In this document: positions 36,027-44,171 of the stretch, one piece after another | How positions within the stretch are numbered: the stretch's first letter is position 1 | Layout of the letters: every line of letters begins with the position of its first letter | IMG/VR virus record: IMGVR_UViG_3300048575_000438 | Span: 1-44,393 of that record | Strand: one strand, 5' to 3' | Source: a virus | Lineage: Duplodnaviria; Caudoviricetes | DNA: 44,393 bases | Notes under the pieces: generated by a model | The model's database searches: none | Seen by the model: the letters and a program-made list of their open reading frames with translations, nothing else | What the model was told of the DNA's origin: nothing | Program-made: the position numbers and the translations under genes

Positions 36027-36538
36027 TGGCTGAACTTTGCGAAGTTGATTCGACCAGCAACACGAAGAAAGGATCATCGCCGGGAAAATCGATAGTTGTT
36101 AAAGGTGTCGGTCTCGGCGGCGCTGTAACAACGACGGAGCTTTATCAGCAATCAGGGCTCGTTTCTCGACCACCAAAAGGCGCGCGCATTATCCAGATCC
36201 CCGTCGGATTCGGTAGGCGGCTCATGATCGCCATAGCATCGAAAAATTACAGCGTGGACGTATCGGTAAACGAAGGAGAAACCGAGATATTTTCTACAAC
36301 CGCCGACGGAAAAACCGTAAAGGCTGAAATCTGTGCTGGTAACGATGGTCTTATTAAGTTCAAGAATACCTCAAAGTCTCTCAAGGGAGTTCTTGATGCG
36401 CAGAATCAGGCGTTGAAGACGTTCGCGACAACATCGAGTAGCGCGACAACCGCGCCGCAAATTGCCGCCGCCGCCGCGACTCTCTTGACGTCCCTCGCAC
36501 AAACAGACGCCGATATTTCGGCTCTTCTCAAGGAGTGA
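36020..36538 (+). CDS. Baseplate spike, Mu gp45-like
   Basis: Q.SGLVSRPPKG, EGETEIFS. Confidence 0.8.
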   Translation: MVMAELCEVDSTSNTKKGSSPGKSIVVKGVGLGGAVTTTELYQQSGLVSRPPKGARIIQIPVGFGRRLMIAIASKNYSVDVSVNEGETEIFSTTADGKTVKAEICAGNDGLIKFKNTSKSLKGVLDAQNQALKTFATTSSSATTAPQIAAAAATLLTSLAQTDADISALLKE

Positions 36539-36542
36539 AAAG

Positions 36543-36935
36543 TTGAACGTATATTACGGCGACATTCGCATAGATCATGACGGTATCACATGGGTAAACG
36601 GTCAGCCGAAAATGGACGCCGGTCTTTGGACTGCCGTATACCTTTCACTTTTTACGGATCTTGGATGGTGGGCCGATCCTGACGCCGGTTCAAACCTATA
36701 TGAGTACGAAGACGTGACACTCACGCAGGACGTTGCGAACGACATCCGCGATTCCTGTATCGACGCCCTTGAATGGCTCAAGGATGATGGTATCGCAGAA
36801 TCAATCACCGTAACGACCGAAATTCAAAAACCGGAATTTCTCGCGATTCTCATCGAGATCAAGGAGCCGGGGAAACAGGATTCTACCACTTATCGATTTG
36901 CAATCTCATGGCGCGAAACAGAGGAGGCCGCTTAA
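36543..36935 (+). CDS. Mu gp46-like baseplate protein
   Basis: GLWTAVYLSLFTD.GWWAD..GSNL, ALEWLKDDGIA. Confidence 0.88.
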   Translation: MNVYYGDIRIDHDGITWVNGQPKMDAGLWTAVYLSLFTDLGWWADPDAGSNLYEYEDVTLTQDVANDIRDSCIDALEWLKDDGIAESITVTTEIQKPEFLAILIEIKEPGKQDSTTYRFAISWRETEEAA

Positions 36936-38020
36936 TGTACACACCGCCCGCACGATCAACGATTGAAACGCAAATAATCACCAAATACGAAAATGAACTC
37001 GGCACGAAAGTTCCGCTCATGAAACGCGCCCTAGTGCGAATCATCGCGAAGTCAGTTTCCGGCCCGCTTTGGCTTCTCCATTGGCTCATTGTGTGGGCCA
37101 TGAAACAGATTTTCATACAGCTCATGGATGACGAGTATTTGCAGTACCTCGCCGACTGGTACGGCCTCCCGCGCAAGAGCGCTACCACCGCGATATTGAC
37201 TACGACGGTAGCCGGAACGAGCGGCACGGTTTTAGTCGCCGGAACGCTCGCAACTTTTAACGGACTCGTATTCTCTGCCAGAAAAGCCGCGACAATTACC
37301 GGAGACGGCGCGACTGTTGAAATAGAGTGCCTGACCGCTGGTATCGGCGGGAATATCGAAATCGGAAGCGAGCTATCGTTCCCGTCTCCATTGCTCGGCG
37401 TTACCTCAATGACCGTCACCGATATTTCGGTCGAGGGTGAAGATCAGGAAGCTATCGACGATTGGCGCGCTCGAATCTGGGCGCGTATGCAGACAGCCCC
37501 GCAGGGTGGTGCTATCGGCGACTATATTCGATGGGCGTGCGAAGTTTCTGGAATTGTAACCGCTTATGTAAAAAGAAGCGATACCGACGTGTATGTGTAT
37601 CCGCTTGCGGACACCACCGGAACCGCTCGCGTGCCGAACACGGCAAAAATTACGGAAACCGAAACATATCTGCAAGATCCTATTCGCCGTCCGTTGTGCG
37701 CTACGGTTTATGTGAAGCCGACGACCGAACGCACCATATCGGCTTCTATTACTGGACTATCTCCGAATGACGATACGACGAAAGCGAACATTCTCTCGGC
37801 TTTTAATAAATATATTTACGCCGCCTATCCGAAGCAGTACAGCGACGAAGTGAATTCTACCGAGACCGTTTCCGCCGGTGGCGTATGGGCAATTGTTATC
37901 GCTAACGGTGCGATTGCAACGGCTATATCGCTCACCGTTTCCGGAATAGGCGCAGGAACGCCGAGCTACGCTCTCCCTGTCGGGGAGATCGCCGCACCCG
38001 GAGGGATTATATGGGGGTGA
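36935..38020 (+). CDS. Baseplate J/gp47-like wedge protein
   Basis: G.DQE.IDDWRARI...PQGGA.GDY..WA. Confidence 0.9.
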   Translation: MYTPPARSTIETQIITKYENELGTKVPLMKRALVRIIAKSVSGPLWLLHWLIVWAMKQIFIQLMDDEYLQYLADWYGLPRKSATTAILTTTVAGTSGTVLVAGTLATFNGLVFSARKAATITGDGATVEIECLTAGIGGNIEIGSELSFPSPLLGVTSMTVTDISVEGEDQEAIDDWRARIWARMQTAPQGGAIGDYIRWACEVSGIVTAYVKRSDTDVYVYPLADTTGTARVPNTAKITETETYLQDPIRRPLCATVYVKPTTERTISASITGLSPNDDTTKANILSAFNKYIYAAYPKQYSDEVNSTETVSAGGVWAIVIANGAIATAISLTVSGIGAGTPSYALPVGEIAAPGGIIWG

Positions 38021-38610
38021 TGCTCAAATCGTTACAGCTCGCCTTTCAGCGCGGGAAAGCAATAGCGCCAATTCTTGACGACGTTCTTATTTCAGTGCTC
38101 GCCGATCAACTCGAAACGATACGAGAACTAATCCGTCAGATACCTCTTGAAGCTAATCCCGGAACCGCGACGTATACGCTACCCGAGTGGCACGAAGCTC
38201 TTGGCCAGAAATACAATCCGACGTTACCAATCGCCGACCAACGCATCAGGCTTGAAGCGCAGCGCCTTGCCATTGGCGGTATGACTCTATACCAGCTACA
38301 GGAACAGGTCAATAAAGAATTTCCCGGAATCACGGTGTCGGAAGTATCGGCGACAGCGGAATCGGGCGTTGCAGAATCCGGGGTTATGCGGTCAGGCGGT
38401 GTTGAAGGCGACTACTCGCCGACGTACTACGATGTAGCGGGAACGCTCGACAATGACGAGCAGGTGAAGCGACTCGCGGCAATTCTTGAGCGCTACGCCG
38501 CCGCTCACCTCGTGCCATGTTCGTCAATCATCGTTCTCGGCGCGACCGCGACAGCCGAGTCAGGCGTCGGACTCTCGGGAATGATTGAATCAGGATACAT
38601 ACCGGACTAA
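38011..38610 (+). CDS. Mu gp48-like (DUF2313) baseplate protein
   Basis: NPGTA.YTLPEW..ALG, AAH. Confidence 0.8.
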   Translation: MGVMLKSLQLAFQRGKAIAPILDDVLISVLADQLETIRELIRQIPLEANPGTATYTLPEWHEALGQKYNPTLPIADQRIRLEAQRLAIGGMTLYQLQEQVNKEFPGITVSEVSATAESGVAESGVMRSGGVEGDYSPTYYDVAGTLDNDEQVKRLAAILERYAAAHLVPCSSIIVLGATATAESGVGLSGMIESGYIPD

Positions 38611-38614
38611 CCGG

Positions 38615-38647
38615 TTTTATTTGACCGTCGCGATGACGGACAGGGAG
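38615..38647 (+). promoter_or_regulatory. Pre-RBS hairpin motif copy (identical to rc 4191-4223)
   Basis: TTTTATTTGA-CCGTC-GCGAT-GACGG-ACAGGGAG before the fibre ATG. Confidence 0.75.
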
Positions 38648-38652
38648 AGAAA

Positions 38653-39642
38653 ATGAAAAGAACAACCGCAAAAAATTCCGTGTCAGGACACCCGGTAGAT
38701 CGTAACACGACGACCGGAACGACCGGGTCTACTTGGGGTAAAGAGGACTGGGACAACCATCAGGAGGAAATAATCTCCCCTATCGAAGGTCTCGGCCTCA
38801 CGCTCGACGGCACGAAGCAAAACCAGCTCCACAAGGCTATCGTCGGGCTGTCACATGTCGTCGGCGAGACATTGTATATGGAGTTCGAGAAGACTGCTGC
38901 CGAGTTTTTCCCCGCCGTTCCTCGCAATGTGAATATCGATATCTCGCTGACCAATTACCCGCTACTCGTTCCGGCGCTTCGTGCGGTAAAAACAAACATT
39001 CTCGGTACGACAGATTTCGCGGTAACGGTGTCCGGTTCGGTTGTGACTATTCCTGATACCGCAGCAGGAAACAAGCTGATAAATCTTTTACAGGCCGAAG
39101 CGCTCGCGGCCGGATATCTTAATCAGTCACAGCCCGCAAACTTCACCGCTGATTATTCGACATCGACGACACAGCGTTGTATTAACGTCGGCGGAACGGA
39201 TTACGCGATTTCAAGCGTAACCGTCGTAAGTCGTCAGATAACCGTCTCCGGCACTCCCGCGTCAGGTTCGCAGACCGCGTGTATTTACACCTATCGCGTC
39301 GCCGGAAGCGCGATCACCGCGCGACTTCTTAAGATTTCCGGATTCGTCGGAGTCGCCGCAGGAGACGTTGACGGCGAGGTCATCGGCGGATGGCGGAAGA
39401 TGGATAGAGGGCAGGGACATATGCATGGTTCAAATACCACCCTTGGCCCTCTAACTACATCGGGTGGTACAGGAGGTGCTGATGTCTCAATCGGTGGAGG
39501 TCATTTTTACTATAACCCGCCTATTCTTACCGGATCGCCTACAACCGACGGTTCCAACGGTTCCCCTCGCACCGGCAAAACTACCGACCCCCGTACCTAT
39601 GGTCAGTACGTTTATACATGGGCTGGCATCTATAACGCCTAG
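38653..39642 (+). CDS. Tail fibre protein
   Basis: Mu-type N-terminus (W..HQEEI...I...GL.LD...NQL..AI); collar-like DRGQGH.H and PRTG..T.PR. Confidence 0.8.
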   Translation: MKRTTAKNSVSGHPVDRNTTTGTTGSTWGKEDWDNHQEEIISPIEGLGLTLDGTKQNQLHKAIVGLSHVVGETLYMEFEKTAAEFFPAVPRNVNIDISLTNYPLLVPALRAVKTNILGTTDFAVTVSGSVVTIPDTAAGNKLINLLQAEALAAGYLNQSQPANFTADYSTSTTQRCINVGGTDYAISSVTVVSRQITVSGTPASGSQTACIYTYRVAGSAITARLLKISGFVGVAAGDVDGEVIGGWRKMDRGQGHMHGSNTTLGPLTTSGGTGGADVSIGGGHFYYNPPILTGSPTTDGSNGSPRTGKTTDPRTYGQYVYTWAGIYNA

Positions 39643-39684
39643 TCGGCGCTGAAAATACGGATATAGGAAATATAAGGAGTTTTT

Positions 39685-39954
39685 ATGGCAACAAAAATCA
39701 CGCACAATCTCGCGATTTACAACCTGTCTACGCATAAGGTTGAAGGCATCGAGTCGTACACCGACGAGCAGAAATATCGCGACCGCTATTATCAGTTTGA
39801 CCTTGAATGTCAGTGTCGCGGAAAACATCTCGGCTGGACGGTATACGATTCAACCGAAGACCCCTTCTCGTGGGACGCCGTGACGCCGAAGACGGCAACG
39901 ACCGATGATACCGCGAGCACAGAAACCACAAGCGAGGCGTCAGCCAATGCGTAA
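39685..39954 (+). CDS. Hypothetical protein (possible fibre chaperone)
   Basis: RBS AAGGAG; follows the fibre gene. Confidence 0.6.
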   Translation: MATKITHNLAIYNLSTHKVEGIESYTDEQKYRDRYYQFDLECQCRGKHLGWTVYDSTEDPFSWDAVTPKTATTDDTASTETTSEASANA

Positions 39955-40618
39955 AATTATTCTGCTCATTCTCGCGCTCGTTTTATTCGCGTCCTGCTCA
40001 AGCCCGGTCAACGGTAAAGACGGAGCCGACGGCAAGGACGGGACTAACGGTTCTAACGGGAAAGACGGCACCACAACAACCGTCACCGTAACTGAAAAGC
40101 CGAATGTACACGTCGTGAATTCCGCGTGGAAAATCGTCTATGAAACGTCCATATCGTCGCGCGCGATCGATTCAAGCGATTATATCGACCAGATGGTCGC
40201 CGGGTATAACGACGCACACACGGATGACCAGTGGCGCATAATTTACGGCGACGTTCCCGATATATCAAGCGCACCAAAAGCGAGCGCCTCGATAGTCGAT
40301 GCATCGTTAGCTCATATCGCAGATTTTACCGACATACCGCGAAGTGATTTATCGACAAAGCGCGATTCATTGCGCGAGACTGCGAAAGAAAAGTCCGGGA
40401 CTCTTTACGTCGATAAAACTCCGCCACCTCCCGCGCCGGTACACATCGTTACAGATTATGAGCGATACGCGCTTTATCTCATCGCCGCCGACGGCACGAT
40501 TATCGCGGAGGAACATCTTACCGCCGACACCTTCAATGATCGCGTATATCAGTATCAGCTACAGGCACAGTGTGACGGGAAGGGTGAATATGTGATTTCG
40601 GGGAGGTTATACCCATGA
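39947..40618 (+). CDS. Lipoprotein with short collagen-like repeat, paralog of 14789-15505
   Basis: MRKII...LFASC lipobox; GKDGADGKDGTNGSNGKDG. Confidence 0.85.
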   Translation: MRKIILLILALVLFASCSSPVNGKDGADGKDGTNGSNGKDGTTTTVTVTEKPNVHVVNSAWKIVYETSISSRAIDSSDYIDQMVAGYNDAHTDDQWRIIYGDVPDISSAPKASASIVDASLAHIADFTDIPRSDLSTKRDSLRETAKEKSGTLYVDKTPPPPAPVHIVTDYERYALYLIAADGTIIAEEHLTADTFNDRVYQYQLQAQCDGKGEYVISGRLYP

Positions 40619-40914
40619 TGCAAGTATTGATTATCGTCATTGTATCTCTCGCGTTAATCGTCGCCCTGTTGGTGATGATTAACCGCGCGAAATCGTCCGC
40701 TCTCGCCGATGCGAAAAAAACGGCGGCGTATTATGCCGGGGTCAACAAGGATCTCACGGCAAATATCGCAACTTTACAGGAGGCACAGCGTGTCCAGAAA
40801 GATCGAACGGAAAAAATTGCTGACGGTAGCGACGCTGATCGCGTCGCTAATAGTATTGGCGTCCTGTCAGACATCTCCAAAGCCGGAGCCGAGCGCGCCG
40901 CCGGTAGTCATTGA
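40615..40914 (+). CDS. i-spanin (Rz-like)
   Basis: N-terminal TM plus coiled coil; overlapped by a lipoprotein gene. Confidence 0.7.
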   Translation: MMQVLIIVIVSLALIVALLVMINRAKSSALADAKKTAAYYAGVNKDLTANIATLQEAQRVQKDRTEKIADGSDADRVANSIGVLSDISKAGAERAAGSH

Positions 40915-41068
40915 CTGGCCCGTGTTCCCCGATCCGACTGGTCAGGTTACTACCTCGCCGGACGGTAAAACGGTGATGATGCCGACAGCATACTGGCTCA
41001 AAATCACGCAGTACGTTATCGACACGGAAGCCGGTATCACGATTTACGAAGGCACAAAGAAAAAATAG
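40790..41068 (+). CDS. o-spanin (Rz1-like lipoprotein)
   Basis: AGGAGG and GTG 40790; VLASC lipobox; Pro-rich PKPEPSAPP..WPVFPDP. Confidence 0.75.
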   Translation: MSRKIERKKLLTVATLIASLIVLASCQTSPKPEPSAPPVVIDWPVFPDPTGQVTTSPDGKTVMMPTAYWLKITQYVIDTEAGITIYEGTKKK

Positions 41069-41230
41069 ACCGTTGGTCTATAAAAAAGGACAGAAACCGG
41101 GGAGCGCTAACTCCCCGACAAGTGCTTGCACACTTACAGAATAATCTGCTTCCGCCCATACTCTCGCGAGAGCATTTAAAGGGATCGGATATTTTTGTCT
41201 TCGGGTTTAGTTCAAAATAAGGATTATCCT

Positions 41231-42046
41231 ATGAAAACACCATTGACCTACTACGGCGGCAAGCAGCAACTTGCCGATACTATCCTGAAGATGATACCGC
41301 CTCATCGGTTGTATTGTGAGCCATTTATCGGAGGTGCGGCGGTATTTTTCGCAAAGAAACCTTCTCCGGTTGAGATAATTAACGATATCAATAGCGAAAT
41401 TGTCAATTTTTACGACGTAATCCAGCGCGATTTCGTGGCACTCGCTCAAGAGGTGAGCATTAGTCTGCATAGCCGAAAAATGCACCAACATGCCCAAGTC
41501 ATCTATGAGCACCCGGAAATGTTCGATCGTATCAAGCGTGCTTGTGCGGTGTGGATGCTCGCAAATGAAAGCTACGGGGCCATGTTTGACGGTGGGTGGG
41601 GATACGACTCGTCAGGCCAGACAACGCAGAAAATCACCGGGAAGCGTGACGCGTTTAGCGAGGAGCTTGCTATACGGCTTCAAAATGTCCAGATCGAATG
41701 TGGCGACGCCTTACGGATTATCAGAAGTCGTGATTGTTCCGACGCTTTTTTTTATCTCGATCCGCCGTACCCGGACACCGATCAGGGGCATTACGACGGT
41801 TACTCGGCGGATGATTTCCGGCAGTTACTTGATACGGTATCGAAAATTGAAGGAAAATTCCTTTTGTCCTCGTTTCGCCATGAAGTGCTAACGGAATTCA
41901 CCGATCGATTAGGGTGGTCACAACTGGAAATACGCATGGCAAAGCCGATGTCCGCGAACTCGAAACGGACGGTCGACAAGATCGAAGTTTTGACGGCAAA
42001 CTATAACATTGACGAGACAGGATATGCAGCTATGAGCCTATTCTGA
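41231..42046 (+). CDS. D12-class N6-adenine DNA methyltransferase (Dam-like)
   Basis: YYGGK, YCEPFIGG, NDIN, YLDPPY. Confidence 0.93.
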   Translation: MKTPLTYYGGKQQLADTILKMIPPHRLYCEPFIGGAAVFFAKKPSPVEIINDINSEIVNFYDVIQRDFVALAQEVSISLHSRKMHQHAQVIYEHPEMFDRIKRACAVWMLANESYGAMFDGGWGYDSSGQTTQKITGKRDAFSEELAIRLQNVQIECGDALRIIRSRDCSDAFFYLDPPYPDTDQGHYDGYSADDFRQLLDTVSKIEGKFLLSSFRHEVLTEFTDRLGWSQLEIRMAKPMSANSKRTVDKIEVLTANYNIDETGYAAMSLF

Positions 42047-42048
42047 CC

Positions 42049-42813
42049 CTATTGAAACTTTATCCAGCCGCCCTTCACGGGGCTGGCTCCTTTTATTTCG
42101 AGGTCGAGGTACTTCGCGGCGTTCTGCTGAAAAAACCGGCTCATATACTCATAATTTCCGTACAGCTTCACCGCGTCCGTGTGCCACTTGGTGCCCTTTA
42201 CGCGCACGCTACGCTTTGACAGGTCGCGTACCTTTACTAGTTTCTTTCCGTCGCGGTAGAAAAGGGCAGGGCGCGAAAGGCGATAGGCAACCATCTTCCC
42301 GCCGCGTTTCCTTCCGAAAGTCTCGCGCCGCCTGTATCGCTGTCGTCGGTCGCTCGTTTTTTTCTTTCCCCAATTCGCCTCGTCTCCCTGATCCTTCGTG
42401 GTAGGGCGTAGTACGAACGCTTTCCCGGCCATGCTGTCGATTCGATATTTACCCGGTACGCGCCGCTTGCGATCCTTGCCGCGCACCTTGTTTGTCGGTA
42501 TCGCGATGACGCTTTTCTGCGCGTGGATGATGCCTCCCGCGTCCTGTATGGGTAGATATTCGGACTTCGTGCCGGAAATCGCGTTCTGGCTTCCTATCGG
42601 CTTTGATCCGCTCGCCTTATAGGTCACAATCGAGTTAGTCGTGAATTTCGTCCTGACAATCATCGATTTTTCGACGTTGCGCTGGCTTCGCACGGTCACC
42701 GCGCGGGCCGTATCCGTGAGCGTCGCGGCCGTCACCGCTTGCATGGCTCCGGGGATCTTGTTGAGGGCGGCGAGATATTCGCGGGAATTACTGGTTATGA
42801 GAATCATCGACAT
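42049..42813 (-). CDS. Basic phage neck/tail-completion-like protein (putative), displaced
   Basis: A.AATLTDTA...M.VRTKFT.NSI...YL..QDAGG pattern; very Arg/Lys-rich. Confidence 0.55.
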   Translation of the reverse strand: MSMILITSNSREYLAALNKIPGAMQAVTAATLTDTARAVTVRSQRNVEKSMIVRTKFTTNSIVTYKASGSKPIGSQNAISGTKSEYLPIQDAGGIIHAQKSVIAIPTNKVRGKDRKRRVPGKYRIDSMAGKAFVLRPTTKDQGDEANWGKKKTSDRRQRYRRRETFGRKRGGKMVAYRLSRPALFYRDGKKLVKVRDLSKRSVRVKGTKWHTDAVKLYGNYEYMSRFFQQNAAKYLDLEIKGASPVKGGWIKFQ

Positions 42814-42835
42814 ACTGGACACCTCCCGGCGTTCA
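42814..42835 (-). promoter_or_regulatory. Pre-start hairpin motif copy (degenerate)
   Basis: TGA-ACGCC-GGGA-GGTGT-CCAG then T-ATG; TATACT just upstream. Confidence 0.5.
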
Positions 42836-43012
42836 GTGAATAGTATACCGTGAGTGTCGCCAAAAGTGTAGCCTTGTTCTGGTTTTATTAAGTCTATATA
42901 CCACATATATAGCGCCGTTATTTGTTGGAGAAAACGCTGAAAAACGTAATAAATATATACAAAATATGGATAAACACGGAAAAACAGTATACACCATATC
43001 TAGTGGTGTGCA

Positions 43013-43035
43013 GGGTTCAATTCCCCCCATCTCCA
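43013..43035 (+). repeat. attR core: duplicated 3' end of tmRNA (or Ala-type tRNA)
   Basis: GGGTTCAATTCCCCCCATCTCCA = T-loop, T-stem and Ala-type acceptor 3' strand with no 5' half upstream. Confidence 0.75.
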
Positions 43036-43076
43036 AAATCAAAAAGGTCACCCGACAGGGTGGCCTTTTTGATTTT
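43035..43076 (+). terminator. Intrinsic terminator
   Basis: AAAATCAAAAAGGTCACCC-GACA-GGGTGGCCTTTTTGATTTT. Confidence 0.85.
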
Positions 43077-43196
43077 CCGGGGGATTCGCAGCGTAGCTTC
43101 GAGCGATTGAACCGGAGGCGCGTCTATTTGGTCAGGAGGCCAAATAGTGCCGAAGGCGGCCTGGAAGGAGCCGACAGGAGGTCGGCGACAGGAAGG

Positions 43197-43247
43197 CAAT
43201 TCCCCCCATCTCCATTGAAGGCCGGTTCTTCCGAACCGGCCTTTTTT
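43197..43247 (+). repeat. Second copy of the tDNA 3' end plus terminator
   Basis: CAATTCCCCCCATCTCCA (18 bp), then AAGGCCGGTTC-TTCC-GAACCGGCCTT-TTTT. Confidence 0.75.
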
Positions 43248-44171
43248 ATTTCATCATCACGGGGCTCGGGTTTTTTCCATTCTGCTCATAAAGGCCGAAA
43301 AGATTCTTGTCAGTACAGGGAAATCAAAACGGAAGACCCGGCTGGCAACCACCGGCTTCATAGCGATCGACTTTCTTGTTTATATTGTCTGGTTCGTCGA
43401 TCCGATTTTCTCTGTCGGCGGAGTCGAGTGCATCAATATCGTTTTCAACGTGATTCTCCTTCCTCTTTTGGCATGCGTCATCCCGATTGTTTTCTGTGAA
43501 TCAGCGAACAGGCCGAACGACTCAAATACATGCGTCCTCTGAACGAAAAGCAATGCGGGGAAAAAGCTGGCAGAGATCTCTTCGTCGCTCAGATCAAGTG
43601 ATACACTGCATCGCAATCTCGATCTATGTTTTGAGACGCTAGCGAGGCAGGTGCGCCTTCCCTCACAGCAACTCTCTGAACTTTCGAATTCAAAGGAGGG
43701 AATGACTCTCCGTGAATTCGTGGGCGAATACCGGAAAGAGGAGGCAAAGCTCCTTCTGCTTGACGACACCGGCGGAGTCGTACCGACGGACTCTACGTTG
43801 TACGTGTATTGTCAAAGGGTCACGGTACTGAGGAATACGGGAACTCTAGTGAATAGAGGCTACGTATTTTTATTGATGGAACACTGCCACTGAAGGGAGC
43901 GGAACAACCTAAGTGCAGGCAAAACCTATACGACAGGAAAAGCGACTGGCACGCTCTCTGCAATGTGGCCAAGGCCTGGGTCTCTGTTGAATACCGTTCG
44001 GGCGATAGATTCACGCGGTATTCCAGTTGTTGCAGATACGAACGGCAAACGTCAACAATGCGAGCGTGATGAGTTGCAATCAAATGAACGCCGCCAACAC
44101 GTCTGAAAAAAATAGACAAAATCCTGAAATGGTGTATTATGATAAAAAGCCGAAAAAAAGGAGATTATTAA

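Larger units (their letters stand above)
1..43035. mobile_element. Temperate prophage (contractile tail, probable cos packaging) integrated at a tmRNA/tRNA 3' end; attL lies left of the window
   Basis: Integrase at the left edge; replication, immunity, head, tail and lysis modules all present; tDNA-like 3' end repeat plus terminator at 43013-43076, then host-type DNA. Confidence 0.93.

Noticed and set aside
4191-38647. 33-bp inverted repeats as ends of an invertible segment
   Set aside because: 34 kb apart, no dedicated invertase, and each copy is a gene leader belonging to a 7-member motif family
38653-40618. Diversity-generating retroelement or fibre-switching cassette
   Set aside because: No reverse transcriptase, no TR/VR pair with adenine-specific differences, and no second fibre or invertase seen
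43250-44170. Short ORFs in the host-side intergenic region
   Set aside because: No recognisable domains or consistent coding signals; possibly degraded DNA, so no call can be supported
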